Source: Calditrichia bacterium
GTDB taxonomy: Bacteria > Calditrichota > Calditrichia > RBG-13-44-9 > J075
Assembly: GCA_050633245.1 (NCBI GenBank)
Contig: JBOEGD010000009.1
Span: 128,001-192,000, forward strand
Direction of reading: 5' to 3'
DNA: 64,000 nucleotides
This document shows positions 38,501-48,438 of the stretch, piece by piece. A program made the position numbers and the translations under genes. The notes beneath the pieces were generated by a model. It had not been told where the DNA came from. It searched no databases and saw only the letters and a program-made list of their open reading frames with translations. Each line of letters starts with the position of its first letter. The stretch's first letter is position 1.

Positions 38501-39088
38501 TCAACTTTCCTGCCCATTCCTTTCGGGCGTCGGGTAAAAAAACATCAGTCCGCGATAGGCGAGATGTGGCGTATCCTCTTCATCCGGCTCCAGCTCTTCG
38601 CATTCTTTCAGCCATTCCATCAATTTGTTACGCAGTGCCTTCATCTGCGCCTCGCTCCCCTGAACCGACACCCGTAGTAATATTGCACTCAATTCATCCT
38701 CAGCCGATGCGTCTTCTTTGGAAATATCCAGTAACGGAAGCACTTCATTCTCCGTATCACGAAGCATGTTTTGCAATACCTGGGCAGCTTCGCTCTTCTC
38801 CCCCGGCTCTGAAGCAAAAAGCGATGAGTCTATTTCAAATCTCCTGGCAACTGCCTGATAATGCCGTTCAACTGTTCCCCTCTTCGGCTGTTCGCGCACC
38901 ACTTTAAGCAGGCCTGCCTGAGCCAACGCATCGATATGCCTGTAAAGACGAGTCTGTTTAACCTTCATCAAAGCCGCAACCTGTTTTATTGTTGCCGGCT
39001 CATCCGCAAAGTGCTCCAGAAGGGTTAATTTGAAGCTGTCAGACAACAGTGCTGCCTGATCCAATCGCTTTATCCAGTAGGTTTCCAT
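38501..39088 (-). CDS. ArsR-like winged-helix transcriptional regulator
   Basis: PATIKQVA...LYRHIDALAQAGLL...RGTVERHYQA; GGAGG RBS. Confidence 0.9.
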   Translation of the reverse strand: METYWIKRLDQAALLSDSFKLTLLEHFADEPATIKQVAALMKVKQTRLYRHIDALAQAGLLKVVREQPKRGTVERHYQAVARRFEIDSSLFASEPGEKSEAAQVLQNMLRDTENEVLPLLDISKEDASAEDELSAILLRVSVQGSEAQMKALRNKLMEWLKECEELEPDEEDTPHLAYRGLMFFYPTPERNGQES

Positions 39089-39195
39089 AGGCCTCCCGAC
39101 ATCAAATTATTATTTCTCTTGACTATTCACAAAAACATGAATAATCTACACCACCATGAATATTAACGTATTTGTAAATGTAAACAAAAAAAACT

Positions 39196-39933
39196 ATGGA
39201 GTCAATCATGACCTTTTGGGACGGAGTATTAACGCTTCTCTACATTCTGGTTTTTCCACTAATAAGTTATTTCTCTGCACGGAATAAGCCTCAGCAATTT
39301 TCCAGGGAAGAATCTGAAGAGCGCATAAATGCCTACCGCACTACCATTTTTTCCCAATTCATTCTTGGCACAGCTTTGATTGTGCTTTGGATTTTTCAGG
39401 ACAGAAGTTGGGAGAGCCTGGGATTGGGTCTATACCTCGGGATTGGATTTTGGATTTCCGCCGGCGTCGCCGCTGCAATTTTGCTCTATTTCTATCGCCA
39501 AGTCAGACAGGTGTCTTCCGGAAATGCCGATGTTATTCGCAAAAATAGAGACGAAATGGGAAACATGCTTAATCTAATGCCCCATAGCCAACACGAACTA
39601 CATTACTTTTACGGCGTCTCCCTAACCGCCGGGGTTATCGAAGAATTGCTTTTTCGCGGATACTTTATTTGGTTCTTTGTGCAGTTGATGCCGGTTTGGG
39701 GAGCAGCAATATTTGGCATTTTGATATTCGGCCTTGCTCATTGCTATCAGGGAGTAAAGCATCTGCCCATGATTTTGCTTTATGGCGCCATTCTAATGGG
39801 TCTGTTCATCCTTTCAGGATCTCTTTGGGTTCCAATAGCTCTGCATTTCTTTGGCGATGTCTTACAGGGACAATTGGCCTACCAGATAGTCGTACAATCG
39901 GGTCTCGCACTAACAGAAAACGAGGTGGAATAA
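39196..39933 (+). CDS. CPBP/CAAX-family intramembrane glutamic endopeptidase
   Basis: EELLFRG, FGLAHCYQG, PIALHFFGD; multiple TMs. Confidence 0.93.
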   Translation: MESIMTFWDGVLTLLYILVFPLISYFSARNKPQQFSREESEERINAYRTTIFSQFILGTALIVLWIFQDRSWESLGLGLYLGIGFWISAGVAAAILLYFYRQVRQVSSGNADVIRKNRDEMGNMLNLMPHSQHELHYFYGVSLTAGVIEELLFRGYFIWFFVQLMPVWGAAIFGILIFGLAHCYQGVKHLPMILLYGAILMGLFILSGSLWVPIALHFFGDVLQGQLAYQIVVQSGLALTENEVE

Positions 39934-40085
39934 TCTCCGCCTGAGTGTTGGAAAAGTGAGATCGAGAACACCGCGAATGCATACTAATTCTGCATTCGCT
40001 TAAAAAGTCACGAACCAACAACCACGATTTGCAATTTCCGCGCTTGATGTTTAACATTAATCCCCTACTCAAAAAAGCGGAACAA

Positions 40086-40649
40086 ATGCAAAAAAGCGGC
40101 TCATCAACTCTCATCACTGCGGTAAAAAAAGGTAATGCTGAGGCCTTTCAACAGCTCTATTATCAATTTTCCGATATGCTATACCGTTTTCTATGGCGTA
40201 AAGTTCGCAATGAAGCCGTTGCGCAGGATCTGGTGCAGGATGTTTTTCTACGCATCTGGTCCAACCGTGCAAACCTCGATGAGCAAAAAGAAATAAAGTC
40301 CTATTTATATCGCATCGCCAACAATCTGGCAATCGATCATTTGCGTAAAAAGATTGTGCGCAATAAAGAGACTATCGATGAAGCATCTGCCGATGTTGCC
40401 TTTTACCCCGATGACTGGTTCGACTTTGAGGAGCACATTCAGCAAGCGCTCAATAAGTTGCCACCCGGTCAGCGCAATGTGTTCTACCTAAGTCGCTTTG
40501 AAGGATTAAAATATCAGGAAATTGCGCAGGCGCTGAACATTTCCTCCAAAACTGTTGAGAATCAAATTTCCAGCGCCCTGAAGAAGTTGCGACATGACTT
40601 AAAAGACTTGCTAATTCTGGTTTTCTGTTTTTTTTATCCATTGCACTAG
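40086..40649 (+). CDS. ECF RNA polymerase sigma-70 factor (FecI-like)
   Basis: AQDLVQDVFLRIW, SYLYRIANN, LSRFEGLKYQEIA..LNIS.KTVENQI; ATG 40086 preferred over TTG 40029. Confidence 0.95.
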   Translation: MQKSGSSTLITAVKKGNAEAFQQLYYQFSDMLYRFLWRKVRNEAVAQDLVQDVFLRIWSNRANLDEQKEIKSYLYRIANNLAIDHLRKKIVRNKETIDEASADVAFYPDDWFDFEEHIQQALNKLPPGQRNVFYLSRFEGLKYQEIAQALNISSKTVENQISSALKKLRHDLKDLLILVFCFFYPLH

Positions 40650-40673
40650 GGGGATTTGCCATTTAATCCGTAG
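40647..40673 (+). promoter_or_regulatory. Candidate ECF promoter, copy 1
   Basis: TAGGGG-N16-CGTAG upstream of the FecR gene; identical geometry at 44594-44620. Confidence 0.6.
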
Positions 40674-40773
40674 AAAGTGATGGAGAGGCAGAATCCGAAC
40701 AGCAGTCGTATCGAAATCATAACTATAGGTACAATATTACCATGCAAGCAAAACCCCATGGTGACCAGCAGGT

Positions 40774-41796
40774 ATGCAGATGAATGAAAATGAATATCTT
40801 GCTCTTTTTACCCGCCACTTCAACGGCGAGATAACAGAGAAAGAACAAGCGCAGCTTGACGAGTGGATTAATGCTTCGGAGCAGAACCGCGTAACGTTCA
40901 GTGAATATGAAAAGCTCTGGTCGACGCTTTCCGTTCCGGAACCACCCTCTCCTTTTCCTGTGGAGCAAAAATGGAGAGAATTTTCCCAACGCAACCCGCT
41001 CGATTCAGCGCAGCAGCTAAGCATCGATTCGCAGAAGATAGCCCAACAAAGCTGGAACCGCTATGCAACTTGGGGAAACATCGCAGCTGCAGTTACCATC
41101 CTGCTTCTCATTTCATCTCTTGCCTACTATGTTTTCGATGGCACTGCTGCCGCACCCTCTCTCTACCTGACCGGAAGCGGAGAAAGGGCTACGCACATCC
41201 TCCCCGATGGCAGCACTGTTAAAATGAATGCCGGAAGTGAATTACGCTTGAGCGAGGATTTCTCAGAGACAGAAAGAAGCGTTTATCTAAAGGGTGAGGC
41301 CCTCTTCGAGGTGGTTCACAACAGGGCCTCCTTCCAGGTGATCACTGATAATGCCCTTATTGAGGTATTGGGAACGCGGTTTAACGTCAATTCCCGACGG
41401 CAACGCACCGAGGTTGTCGTTCAGGAGGGCACGGTCAGTCTGCAAAACAGCAATTCTGATCAGTCTGATAAAGTTATTTTGAATCAAAATCAAATCAGCG
41501 CGTGTCTGGCAGACCAACCGGCTTCAACTCCACAGTTGATCGACAGCAAAAAGCACCTGGGTTGGCTACGCGGTAAGCTGATATTCACAAAAACTCCATT
41601 AGCCGACATTGCATCTGAACTGGAACGGACGTTTAACGTCTCTATTAAACTGGCGAATTCTAACATCGGCACATTAACCGTCTCGGGAGTATTTGATGAG
41701 ACCGATATTGAATCCATTCTCAATGAGTTAACGCTCACTCTTGGCCTACAGTATAGCTATCAGAACAATACATATTATTTAATGCAAGCAAACTGA
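40774..41796 (+). CDS. FecR-family anti-sigma factor
   Basis: LDEWINAS..N N-domain, TM, LPDGSTVKMNAGS, LKGEALFEV, VLGTRFNV, W..GKLIF. Confidence 0.95.
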   Translation: MQMNENEYLALFTRHFNGEITEKEQAQLDEWINASEQNRVTFSEYEKLWSTLSVPEPPSPFPVEQKWREFSQRNPLDSAQQLSIDSQKIAQQSWNRYATWGNIAAAVTILLLISSLAYYVFDGTAAAPSLYLTGSGERATHILPDGSTVKMNAGSELRLSEDFSETERSVYLKGEALFEVVHNRASFQVITDNALIEVLGTRFNVNSRRQRTEVVVQEGTVSLQNSNSDQSDKVILNQNQISACLADQPASTPQLIDSKKHLGWLRGKLIFTKTPLADIASELERTFNVSIKLANSNIGTLTVSGVFDETDIESILNELTLTLGLQYSYQNNTYYLMQAN

Positions 41797-44531
41797 TGCA
41801 GAGAACAGCAAACATGCGCACAGAAGCGCAACGCATCTCACCACCGCTACTTTGCATCCTGATCATGTTGCTGTTGGTTATCTCTGATCTACAATCGCAG
41901 GAAACTGATCCCAAAAACCACGCGGTTTCGCTTCGCGCCAACCAGCTACCACTAATCACTGCGGTGCTGGATATAGCGAATCAGGCGAATGTCAGCGTAA
42001 CCTATAGCGATCAGCTGGTGGAGGACAAGATCATCACCTGCAATTTCCAGGGTCTACCGCTAAATACCGCTCTAAGCGTGATTCTTGAAAATACCGGTGT
42101 CGCATTTAAGTGGGTAAAAAAGGATCGTCTGGTTCTGCTTCCCATAGAGAACATTCGCTTTACCCTAAGCGGCTACATTCTGGATGCTGAAACACAGGAA
42201 GCACTACCCTTCGCCAATATTTCTGTTAAGGGTCTTTCCATCGGCACCATTAGCACGCGCGAGGGACATTTTACGCTTTTCAACCTTCCAAATGCTTCCT
42301 GTGAGCTGACAGTAGACTATATGGGCTATGCCTCCCAAACGATTGCAATAGATCCCGCCAGTGTATCGGAAAGACTGCTTATCCAACTCAATTCTACCGT
42401 GCATTTGGCCAATGCAGTTAACGTTAGTGCCGAGAATGATAAAATCATAAAGATCTCCACAACGCCTTCCAAACTAACTATCTCTCCGCAGAATGTGGCA
42501 ATATTGCCGTTCCTGGGGGACAAAGACATCTTTCGCTCGCTTCAGCTGATGCCGGGAGTCTTGAGCGGTAATGATGGCGATGCCGGTTTGTATATTCGCG
42601 GCGGGCTTCCCACAGAAAACCTGGTTCAGCTGGACGGTATTACGCTGTACCATCTCGATCATTCGCTGGGGTTCCTAAGCGCCTTCAATAACGATGCGGT
42701 AAAAGATGTGCAGGTGTACAAAGGCGGATTTCCTGCCAAGTATGGTGGAAGAGTGTCCGGCGTAATCGACATGACGGCTAAAAACGGCAACCTGCGAAAG
42801 CCCGCCATACAAATCGGAGTTAATCGGCTGAGCGCAAGCTTGTTAGCCGAAACGCCCCTTTTTGGAAAGGGCGCTCTGATGATCGCCGGCAGGCGTTCTT
42901 ATACCACTCATCTGCTCGGGACTATTTATAAACGCAACATCGATGCTCTCAGTCCGCAACTCGATACTCTTGTGCCAACGGCTAGATTGCGAGCAGACAC
43001 CAGTACCTTTTCAAATTATTACGATCTTCACGGTAAGTTTACACTATTTCCGTCGGAAAATTCGCTCCTTTCCTGGAGTTATTATCAGGGGGGCGATGAA
43101 GGAGATCTCAATCAGTCTACATCGGTTAACGGACCGTTCTTCGTTGAGGCGCTAAGACTTATTTCGAATTCAACTGGTAGAAGTAATGCCAACTGGGGCA
43201 ACCGTGGATACAGCTTTAAGTGGGCACAGCAGTTGACGCCGCGGTTTAACCACGTAATTGTTGGCGCCTATTCGAATTATTTCACAAAAGAGATTTTAGA
43301 CGTGTATCTAAGGCAATCTCTGGTTCTGCTCGACTCAACCGGTGGTATAGATTCTACGTTGCAGTCAAGCACGACGAACTCTGACTTCAACAGTAAGAGT
43401 AATTTAATAGATCGTAGTCTACGCTCGGAAAGTATCTGGCTCATTCATCCTGATCACAAGCTTGAATTTGGTCTGGAGGCCTCCAGTTTGAACATTAACA
43501 ATCGTTCAACATCCAATTCCACATTTTACTCGTCAATACTACAGGGCGATTCAACACGCAGTGAAACGTTTTCGCAAAAGGCACAGCAATCACTTATGTC
43601 CGCCTATCTGCAAGACTCCTGGCAGCTGACGGAAAGATGGCATGCAACAATAGGATTGCGTAGCAGCTATAATCTAAAGTTAAAAAAGAACTTTCTGGAA
43701 CCACGGATAGCGGTCAACTACAATCTAAATGATAATCTGATTTTAAAGTCGGCTTTTGGAGAATACCATCAGTTCGTTTTTCAAGTTGATGATACACTAA
43801 GGCGAATCAGCCAGCCGATTACCTGGGATGCAGCAGACAACTCAAGCTTTAAACCTGTCGAATCCAGACATTTTGTGCTTGGCAGTCAATATTCACACGA
43901 GGTGTTTCTAATTGACCTCGAATTCTATCATAAGCAACTCGATGGCCTTTTCGCAGATGCGTTAATAATTGGAGAGACACCCGAGGGCATACTCAATCTC
44001 CACAAAGGTTATTCGCAGGGATTTGATCTGCTGATTCAGAAAAAAAGTGGTTCCCTTACCGGATGGCTCAGCTATGGATACAATCAAAACAGAATCAGGC
44101 GCACAGCCAATGGGCAGATGGTGACGGTTCCTACGCTACAGGAGAAGCCGCATAACTTCAAGCTGGTGCTGAATAAGCAGGTCAAACGCTGGCAGCTAAC
44201 GACATCCTGGCACTATGCTTCCGGAAAACCATACACCATTCCACAGTTCAAGACAACAGTCATTGATTCAAATACAACAAGCACATCACTTGTTCCGGCA
44301 AGTAACTACGACGGTTTACGTCTCCCTGCCTCTCATCGCCTGGATATGGCCATAATGCGCTTTTTTAAGGCGAAAGCAGTTCATGGCACCATTAGCCTGT
44401 CTGTAGTTAATGTCTATAATCGCAAAAATATATGGCTCCGGTTTTTCGACCTTTCTGAAGGCCTTATCGCATCAGGAGATGTTCTTTCACTAGGTCGCAC
44501 CCCTACCCTGTCGCTGGAACTGACGTTCTAA
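41796..44531 (+). CDS. TonB-dependent receptor with N-terminal signalling (STN-like) and carboxypeptidase-regulatory-like domains
   Basis: LSGYILDAETQEALPFANI; plug DIFRSLQLMPGV, YIRGG, KGGFPAKYGGRVSGV; NVYNRKN; terminal Phe. Confidence 0.93.
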   Translation: MQRTANMRTEAQRISPPLLCILIMLLLVISDLQSQETDPKNHAVSLRANQLPLITAVLDIANQANVSVTYSDQLVEDKIITCNFQGLPLNTALSVILENTGVAFKWVKKDRLVLLPIENIRFTLSGYILDAETQEALPFANISVKGLSIGTISTREGHFTLFNLPNASCELTVDYMGYASQTIAIDPASVSERLLIQLNSTVHLANAVNVSAENDKIIKISTTPSKLTISPQNVAILPFLGDKDIFRSLQLMPGVLSGNDGDAGLYIRGGLPTENLVQLDGITLYHLDHSLGFLSAFNNDAVKDVQVYKGGFPAKYGGRVSGVIDMTAKNGNLRKPAIQIGVNRLSASLLAETPLFGKGALMIAGRRSYTTHLLGTIYKRNIDALSPQLDTLVPTARLRADTSTFSNYYDLHGKFTLFPSENSLLSWSYYQGGDEGDLNQSTSVNGPFFVEALRLISNSTGRSNANWGNRGYSFKWAQQLTPRFNHVIVGAYSNYFTKEILDVYLRQSLVLLDSTGGIDSTLQSSTTNSDFNSKSNLIDRSLRSESIWLIHPDHKLEFGLEASSLNINNRSTSNSTFYSSILQGDSTRSETFSQKAQQSLMSAYLQDSWQLTERWHATIGLRSSYNLKLKKNFLEPRIAVNYNLNDNLILKSAFGEYHQFVFQVDDTLRRISQPITWDAADNSSFKPVESRHFVLGSQYSHEVFLIDLEFYHKQLDGLFADALIIGETPEGILNLHKGYSQGFDLLIQKKSGSLTGWLSYGYNQNRIRRTANGQMVTVPTLQEKPHNFKLVLNKQVKRWQLTTSWHYASGKPYTIPQFKTTVIDSNTTSTSLVPASNYDGLRLPASHRLDMAIMRFFKAKAVHGTISLSVVNVYNRKNIWLRFFDLSEGLIASGDVLSLGRTPTLSLELTF

Positions 44532-44593
44532 GCTTCTCTTCCCCTCGGTTTTTACTTTTTTTCAAACAAAACATTAATTTTCCCGCGAAGCGA

Positions 44594-44620
44594 TAGGGGT
44601 AATTATGAACTGCCGCGTAG
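44594..44620 (+). promoter_or_regulatory. Candidate ECF promoter, copy 2
   Basis: TAGGGG-N16-CGTAG, 90 nt upstream of 44711. Confidence 0.6.
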
Positions 44621-44710
44621 TAAGGTTTAAAAGCAGCTCTCGACGCTCATGCTTTATCCAGAGTGTTAATAATATGGCTGTATTGAAAAACCAGAAACAA
44701 AGGAAGAGAT

Positions 44711-46513
44711 ATGATACGTAAATTACATTGCATGGGTGTTATGGTTGGGAAATTATTGGGGATGACATATTTCTTACTATGTTTGCAAACGGCAAACGCT
44801 CAGTCGCTCGACAATCATTTTTTCAATAACCTTCCAGACTATACGCCACTCGCTACAGACACAACCGTTTCAGAGACAGAGCCGAATGATGATATTGCAA
44901 CCGCGAACCTGCTATTGCCCGGTTCATCTGTTGAAGCGCTCATAAACTCAGCCATGGACGTAGACTATTATCAGTTAGATATTGCCAGCCCTGCGGCACT
45001 TGAGATTACTGTTGTAGCTATTCCCTTTTTCAGTGATCTGGATCCACTGCTGGAGATACTCGATGCGAACGGCAATCGCCTTGCATTTAATGATAACAGT
45101 ACCCAGTTTGAAACCTCCCAGCTTGTATATGAATTTACTGCTTCAGGAAGTTATTATATTCGCGTTTCTAATTTGGAAGGTACTGGTGGAGAAGATTCAC
45201 TTCTCTATTCCTACTTCCTGGATCATCAGGAAGTAATACCTTCCGGCAATACGTCCTTCAGCGTTCTGGCATCATTAGACGCGGCCCAACCGGTTTTTGC
45301 TTTAGAGAAGTCCGAAGATATTATTTACACCGCAGAAGCTCATGGTGCATCAATATTTAGGGCCATTGATGTATCAGATCCGTTAAACCCCGTAGAACTT
45401 GGTTCTGTACAAACAGCAGGATTTATATATGACATCGCTTTATATCAGAATTACGCTTACCTGGCTATGGGCACCGGGGCAACAGGTACCGGGGCAACAG
45501 GTATCCGCATAATCAACACGACCGACCCTCAAAATCTCGAATCTATTGCATTAATTTCAGGCTTCGCAATAAGCGCACTTTTTCAACAAAACGATACCCT
45601 CTATGCCGCTGAACGAAACGGTCCCGGCCTGGCCGTATACGACTTGTCCGATGGTGCGGCACCGAGTTTAATATGGCACTTTGCTCTACCTGGTTCTGGC
45701 GCACTGGGGGTAACGGTAAATGCTAACCACATTTTTCTATCAGGTCTAAACGGCACCACTTATGTTATTGATAAAAGAACTCGAACTCTCATTTCCGATC
45801 TTTCCCTAACCGCGTTTGTAGCGGACAGTGAGCTCTTGGACAATCAGCTGCTTCTGGCAGATCTTCAAGGCCGCTTAATTAACGTTGATATTACAGACCC
45901 TGAGTTCCCTGATTCAACCGGCGTTTTCCATACAGACACATCATGGATCCGCTTAAACAATTTAAATATTTACAATGGGGAGGCATTTCTGGCAAGCTCG
46001 AAGAAAGGCATCCGCATTGTCGATATCAGCGATATGCATAGCCTGAAGGAGGTTGGGTATTATTTCTCACTACCCGATCTTTCGGCACGGGATGTACTGG
46101 TTGAAAACGATCTGGTATATATCGCAAGCGGTGAATTGTTCGACTTCACGGGCGGAGACAGAAAGAATCGCTTGATTATCTTACGTCTGGATACGCCGAA
46201 TGCAATTGGGGATGATGCAGGTCCTGCAAACTTGAATGACTTTACTCTTCATCAAAATTATCCAAATCCATTTAACCCCTCTACCACAATTGTATACGAG
46301 TTAAAAAGAACAGCTGCTGTTACCGTAACTGTTTACGACCTGTTAGGCAGGGAGGTAGTTACCTTGGTGAGCGAACAACAGCCGGCCGGACCACAGTCAG
46401 TAACGTGGAATGGGCTGGACTCCAGTGGACAGCAAGTGGTCTCCGGAATATATGTCTATCAGCTAAAAGCAGGCTCTGCAACAGAAACAAGAAAAATGAT
46501 GCTAATGAAGTAG
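44711..46513 (+). CDS. Secreted PPC + LVIVD-repeat protein with FlgD-Ig/T9SS-type CTD
   Basis: ETEPNDDIATA...DVDYY...LDPLLEILDANG...NDN (PPC-like); IDVSDPLNP-type repeats; QNYPNPFNP CTD. Confidence 0.9.
   Translation: MIRKLHCMGVMVGKLLGMTYFLLCLQTANAQSLDNHFFNNLPDYTPLATDTTVSETEPNDDIATANLLLPGSSVEALINSAMDVDYYQLDIASPAALEITVVAIPFFSDLDPLLEILDANGNRLAFNDNSTQFETSQLVYEFTASGSYYIRVSNLEGTGGEDSLLYSYFLDHQEVIPSGNTSFSVLASLDAAQPVFALEKSEDIIYTAEAHGASIFRAIDVSDPLNPVELGSVQTAGFIYDIALYQNYAYLAMGTGATGTGATGIRIINTTDPQNLESIALISGFAISALFQQNDTLYAAERNGPGLAVYDLSDGAAPSLIWHFALPGSGALGVTVNANHIFLSGLNGTTYVIDKRTRTLISDLSLTAFVADSELLDNQLLLADLQGRLINVDITDPEFPDSTGVFHTDTSWIRLNNLNIYNGEAFLASSKKGIRIVDISDMHSLKEVGYYFSLPDLSARDVLVENDLVYIASGELFDFTGGDRKNRLIILRLDTPNAIGDDAGPANLNDFTLHQNYPNPFNPSTTIVYELKRTAAVTVTVYDLLGREVVTLVSEQQPAGPQSVTWNGLDSSGQQVVSGIYVYQLKAGSATETRKMMLMK
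45473..45502 (+). repeat. Exact in-frame 15-bp tandem duplication
   Basis: ACCGGGGCAACAGGT x2 (TGATG-TGATG). Confidence 0.9.
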
Positions 46514-46531
46514 AAGTTCACTTTGATTCGG

Positions 46532-46569
46532 AGGTTGTTTGGAAGGTTTAATCGCCTTTCAAACAGCTT
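46532..46569 (+). terminator. Stem-loop after 44711-46513
   Basis: AGGTTGTTTGGAAGG...CCTTTCAAACAGCTT with G-U pairs, then short T-run. Confidence 0.6.
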
Positions 46570-46642
46570 TTGTAATAAAATGATAATTTAAAAATCACTT
46601 TTACATAAGTGTTAAGAACGAGTAGCTTTGACCGGAGACAAC

Positions 46643-47332
46643 ATGAAATACTGCAAAATAGCGTTATACAGCTTTCTACTTTTTACTACCCTTGCCTTTG
46701 GTCATGATCCTAAAGGCTCATTTTTCCTAAGTTTGCAGGGAGGTCTAAACCTTTCAAGGTTCGATGCCAGTGGTGCAGTAATGGTTGAGTCGCAACCTTA
46801 TGAGTTAATAATTTATAAACCTGCATTTGCTGCAAATCTGGAATATAGATTCGCAACCGGAATTACCTTAAAAAGCGGCCTGGTCTACTCTCAAGGCGGA
46901 GGAAAATGGGAGGAAGAATTCAATGTAACAGACCTGAATGGGAATGTTATCAAATTTAATTTCATTCAGGAAACGCATTTCTTTGAGGTCCCATTGCGAG
47001 TTCAATATCGTATTCCAACCGGTCCAACATCACTTTATGTGCAAACCGGAGGCTCAATTGCTTTATTAAGCTCAGCACGACTCGATTCAGACATTATCAG
47101 CCAAACCGGACGTATTCAGCCACCGAGAATTTTTGAATTACAAGACGCCTTTAATGATGTAAACTTTTCGCTGGACTTTGGAGGTGGCTTCTCCGTTCCA
47201 CTCAGTGATAATTTTGAAGCAGGGCTTGAGTTATTGTACGAAATTGGACTAATTAACCTGACAAAAGAAGTTGGTATTACCCAAAAATCAAGAGATATTA
47301 AGATATTGTTAGGAATAACAACGCGGCTTTAA
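46643..47332 (+). CDS. Outer-membrane beta-barrel protein (PorT-like), third paralog
   Basis: MKYCKI start with GGAG RBS; GGLNLS, FFEVPLRVQY, YEIGLINL; similar to 7286-8812 pair. Confidence 0.85.
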   Translation: MKYCKIALYSFLLFTTLAFGHDPKGSFFLSLQGGLNLSRFDASGAVMVESQPYELIIYKPAFAANLEYRFATGITLKSGLVYSQGGGKWEEEFNVTDLNGNVIKFNFIQETHFFEVPLRVQYRIPTGPTSLYVQTGGSIALLSSARLDSDIISQTGRIQPPRIFELQDAFNDVNFSLDFGGGFSVPLSDNFEAGLELLYEIGLINLTKEVGITQKSRDIKILLGITTRL

Positions 47333-47356
47333 AGAGTTAGAGTCTGAATTGGAAAA

Positions 47357-47406
47357 TATCGGGTTGGGCAATGAACAAATTTACTGTGTCCAACCCGATA
47401 ATTTTT
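47357..47406 (+). terminator. Intrinsic terminator
   Basis: TATCGGGTTGGGCA...TGTCCAACCCGATA followed by T-run. Confidence 0.75.
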
Positions 47407-47666
47407 ACGAAGTAGATATAACCAACAAAACCACACAAAGAGGGAGTCTTGTTCACACATAAAACAAATTTTTCCCACACGCCTATTCTCTGTAGTGCTT
47501 CACGCTAAAAATGAACATACCTGCCTCACATGATAATCTATTGGCAGACATTTCCAACAATTCAATCGAATAAAACAAGTGATGGAAGGGTATTAAATTA
47601 AATCACTAAAAGTTTGTTGAAGCATACTAAGCGCATGAGCGATTACCTCATTGCTTATTGCCTTTT

Positions 47667-47764
47667 TCACCTTTCACGTCTCACGTCTCACGTCTCACGT
47701 CTCACGTCTCACTTCTCACTTCTCACGTCTCACTTCTCACTTCTCACGTCTCACTTCTCACCTT
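47667..47764. repeat. Heptamer tandem array, 14 copies
   Basis: TCACGTC/TCACTTC units with TCACCTT at both ends. Confidence 0.97.
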
Positions 47765-47775
47765 TCATCCTACAA

Positions 47776-48438
47776 TCATTCATCTATGAAAATGTCATCA
47801 AAATGCTGTAGCAATCTCAATTCACAAGCTTGCACCTGCCAGAGTTCATCAGCACAGCTCTCCAGCAGCTCGCGACTATGCGAAGAAATCAGGATAATGC
47901 GATCCAGACGAGCTTCTCGAATATACTGATAGATTGCCTTCAGCGTGAATGGATCGATACCAGCCATAGATTCATCGAAAATCATACAGGCCGGGTTCAC
48001 CATAAAGTTGATCATCATCGATAGTTTCTTGTTCATTCCATGACTGTATTTTGCTATACGTGCGTGAATTTCCGGAAACGCAAATACCTCACTTAGCTCA
48101 GCAAAAAGGATTTCATCGAATGGAACGGCATAGGCCTTTAATACAAACTCCAGCCATTCTTTGCCGGTTAAGTAACCGGGGAATTCCGGCTCGTCATTCG
48201 AGAAAATGATGCTGTTTTGATACTCTTGCTTATTGTTCACATGATGGAAGCCACGCAGCTCTATCTCACCCTGCTGGGGCTGCAGGCGATTCATAAGCAG
48301 ATTAAACAGCGTCGTTTTTCCGCTGCCGTTCTCACCGACAATGCCATAGATCTTGTTCACCTGAAACTTGATGGAAAGGCCTTTGAAGATCACTTTTGAA
48401 TCGGCATAGGCAAAGTGCAGGTTATTTAGCTTCAGCAT
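47776..48438 (-). CDS. ABC transporter ATP-binding protein
   Basis: Start MLKLNN (GGAG RBS); [13 protein letters not shown] signature, IFDES, ISSH. Confidence 0.92.
   Translation of the reverse strand: MLKLNNLHFAYADSKVIFKGLSIKFQVNKIYGIVGENGSGKTTLFNLLMNRLQPQQGEIELRGFHHVNNKQEYQNSIIFSNDEPEFPGYLTGKEWLEFVLKAYAVPFDEILFAELSEVFAFPEIHARIAKYSHGMNKKLSMMINFMVNPACMIFDESMAGIDPFTLKAIYQYIREARLDRIILISSHSRELLESCADELWQVQACELRLLQHFDDIFIDE

Noticed and set aside
47614-47929. ORFs containing SRLTSH repeats
   Set aside because: Translations of the heptamer array; no RBS; overlap the ABC gene antisense
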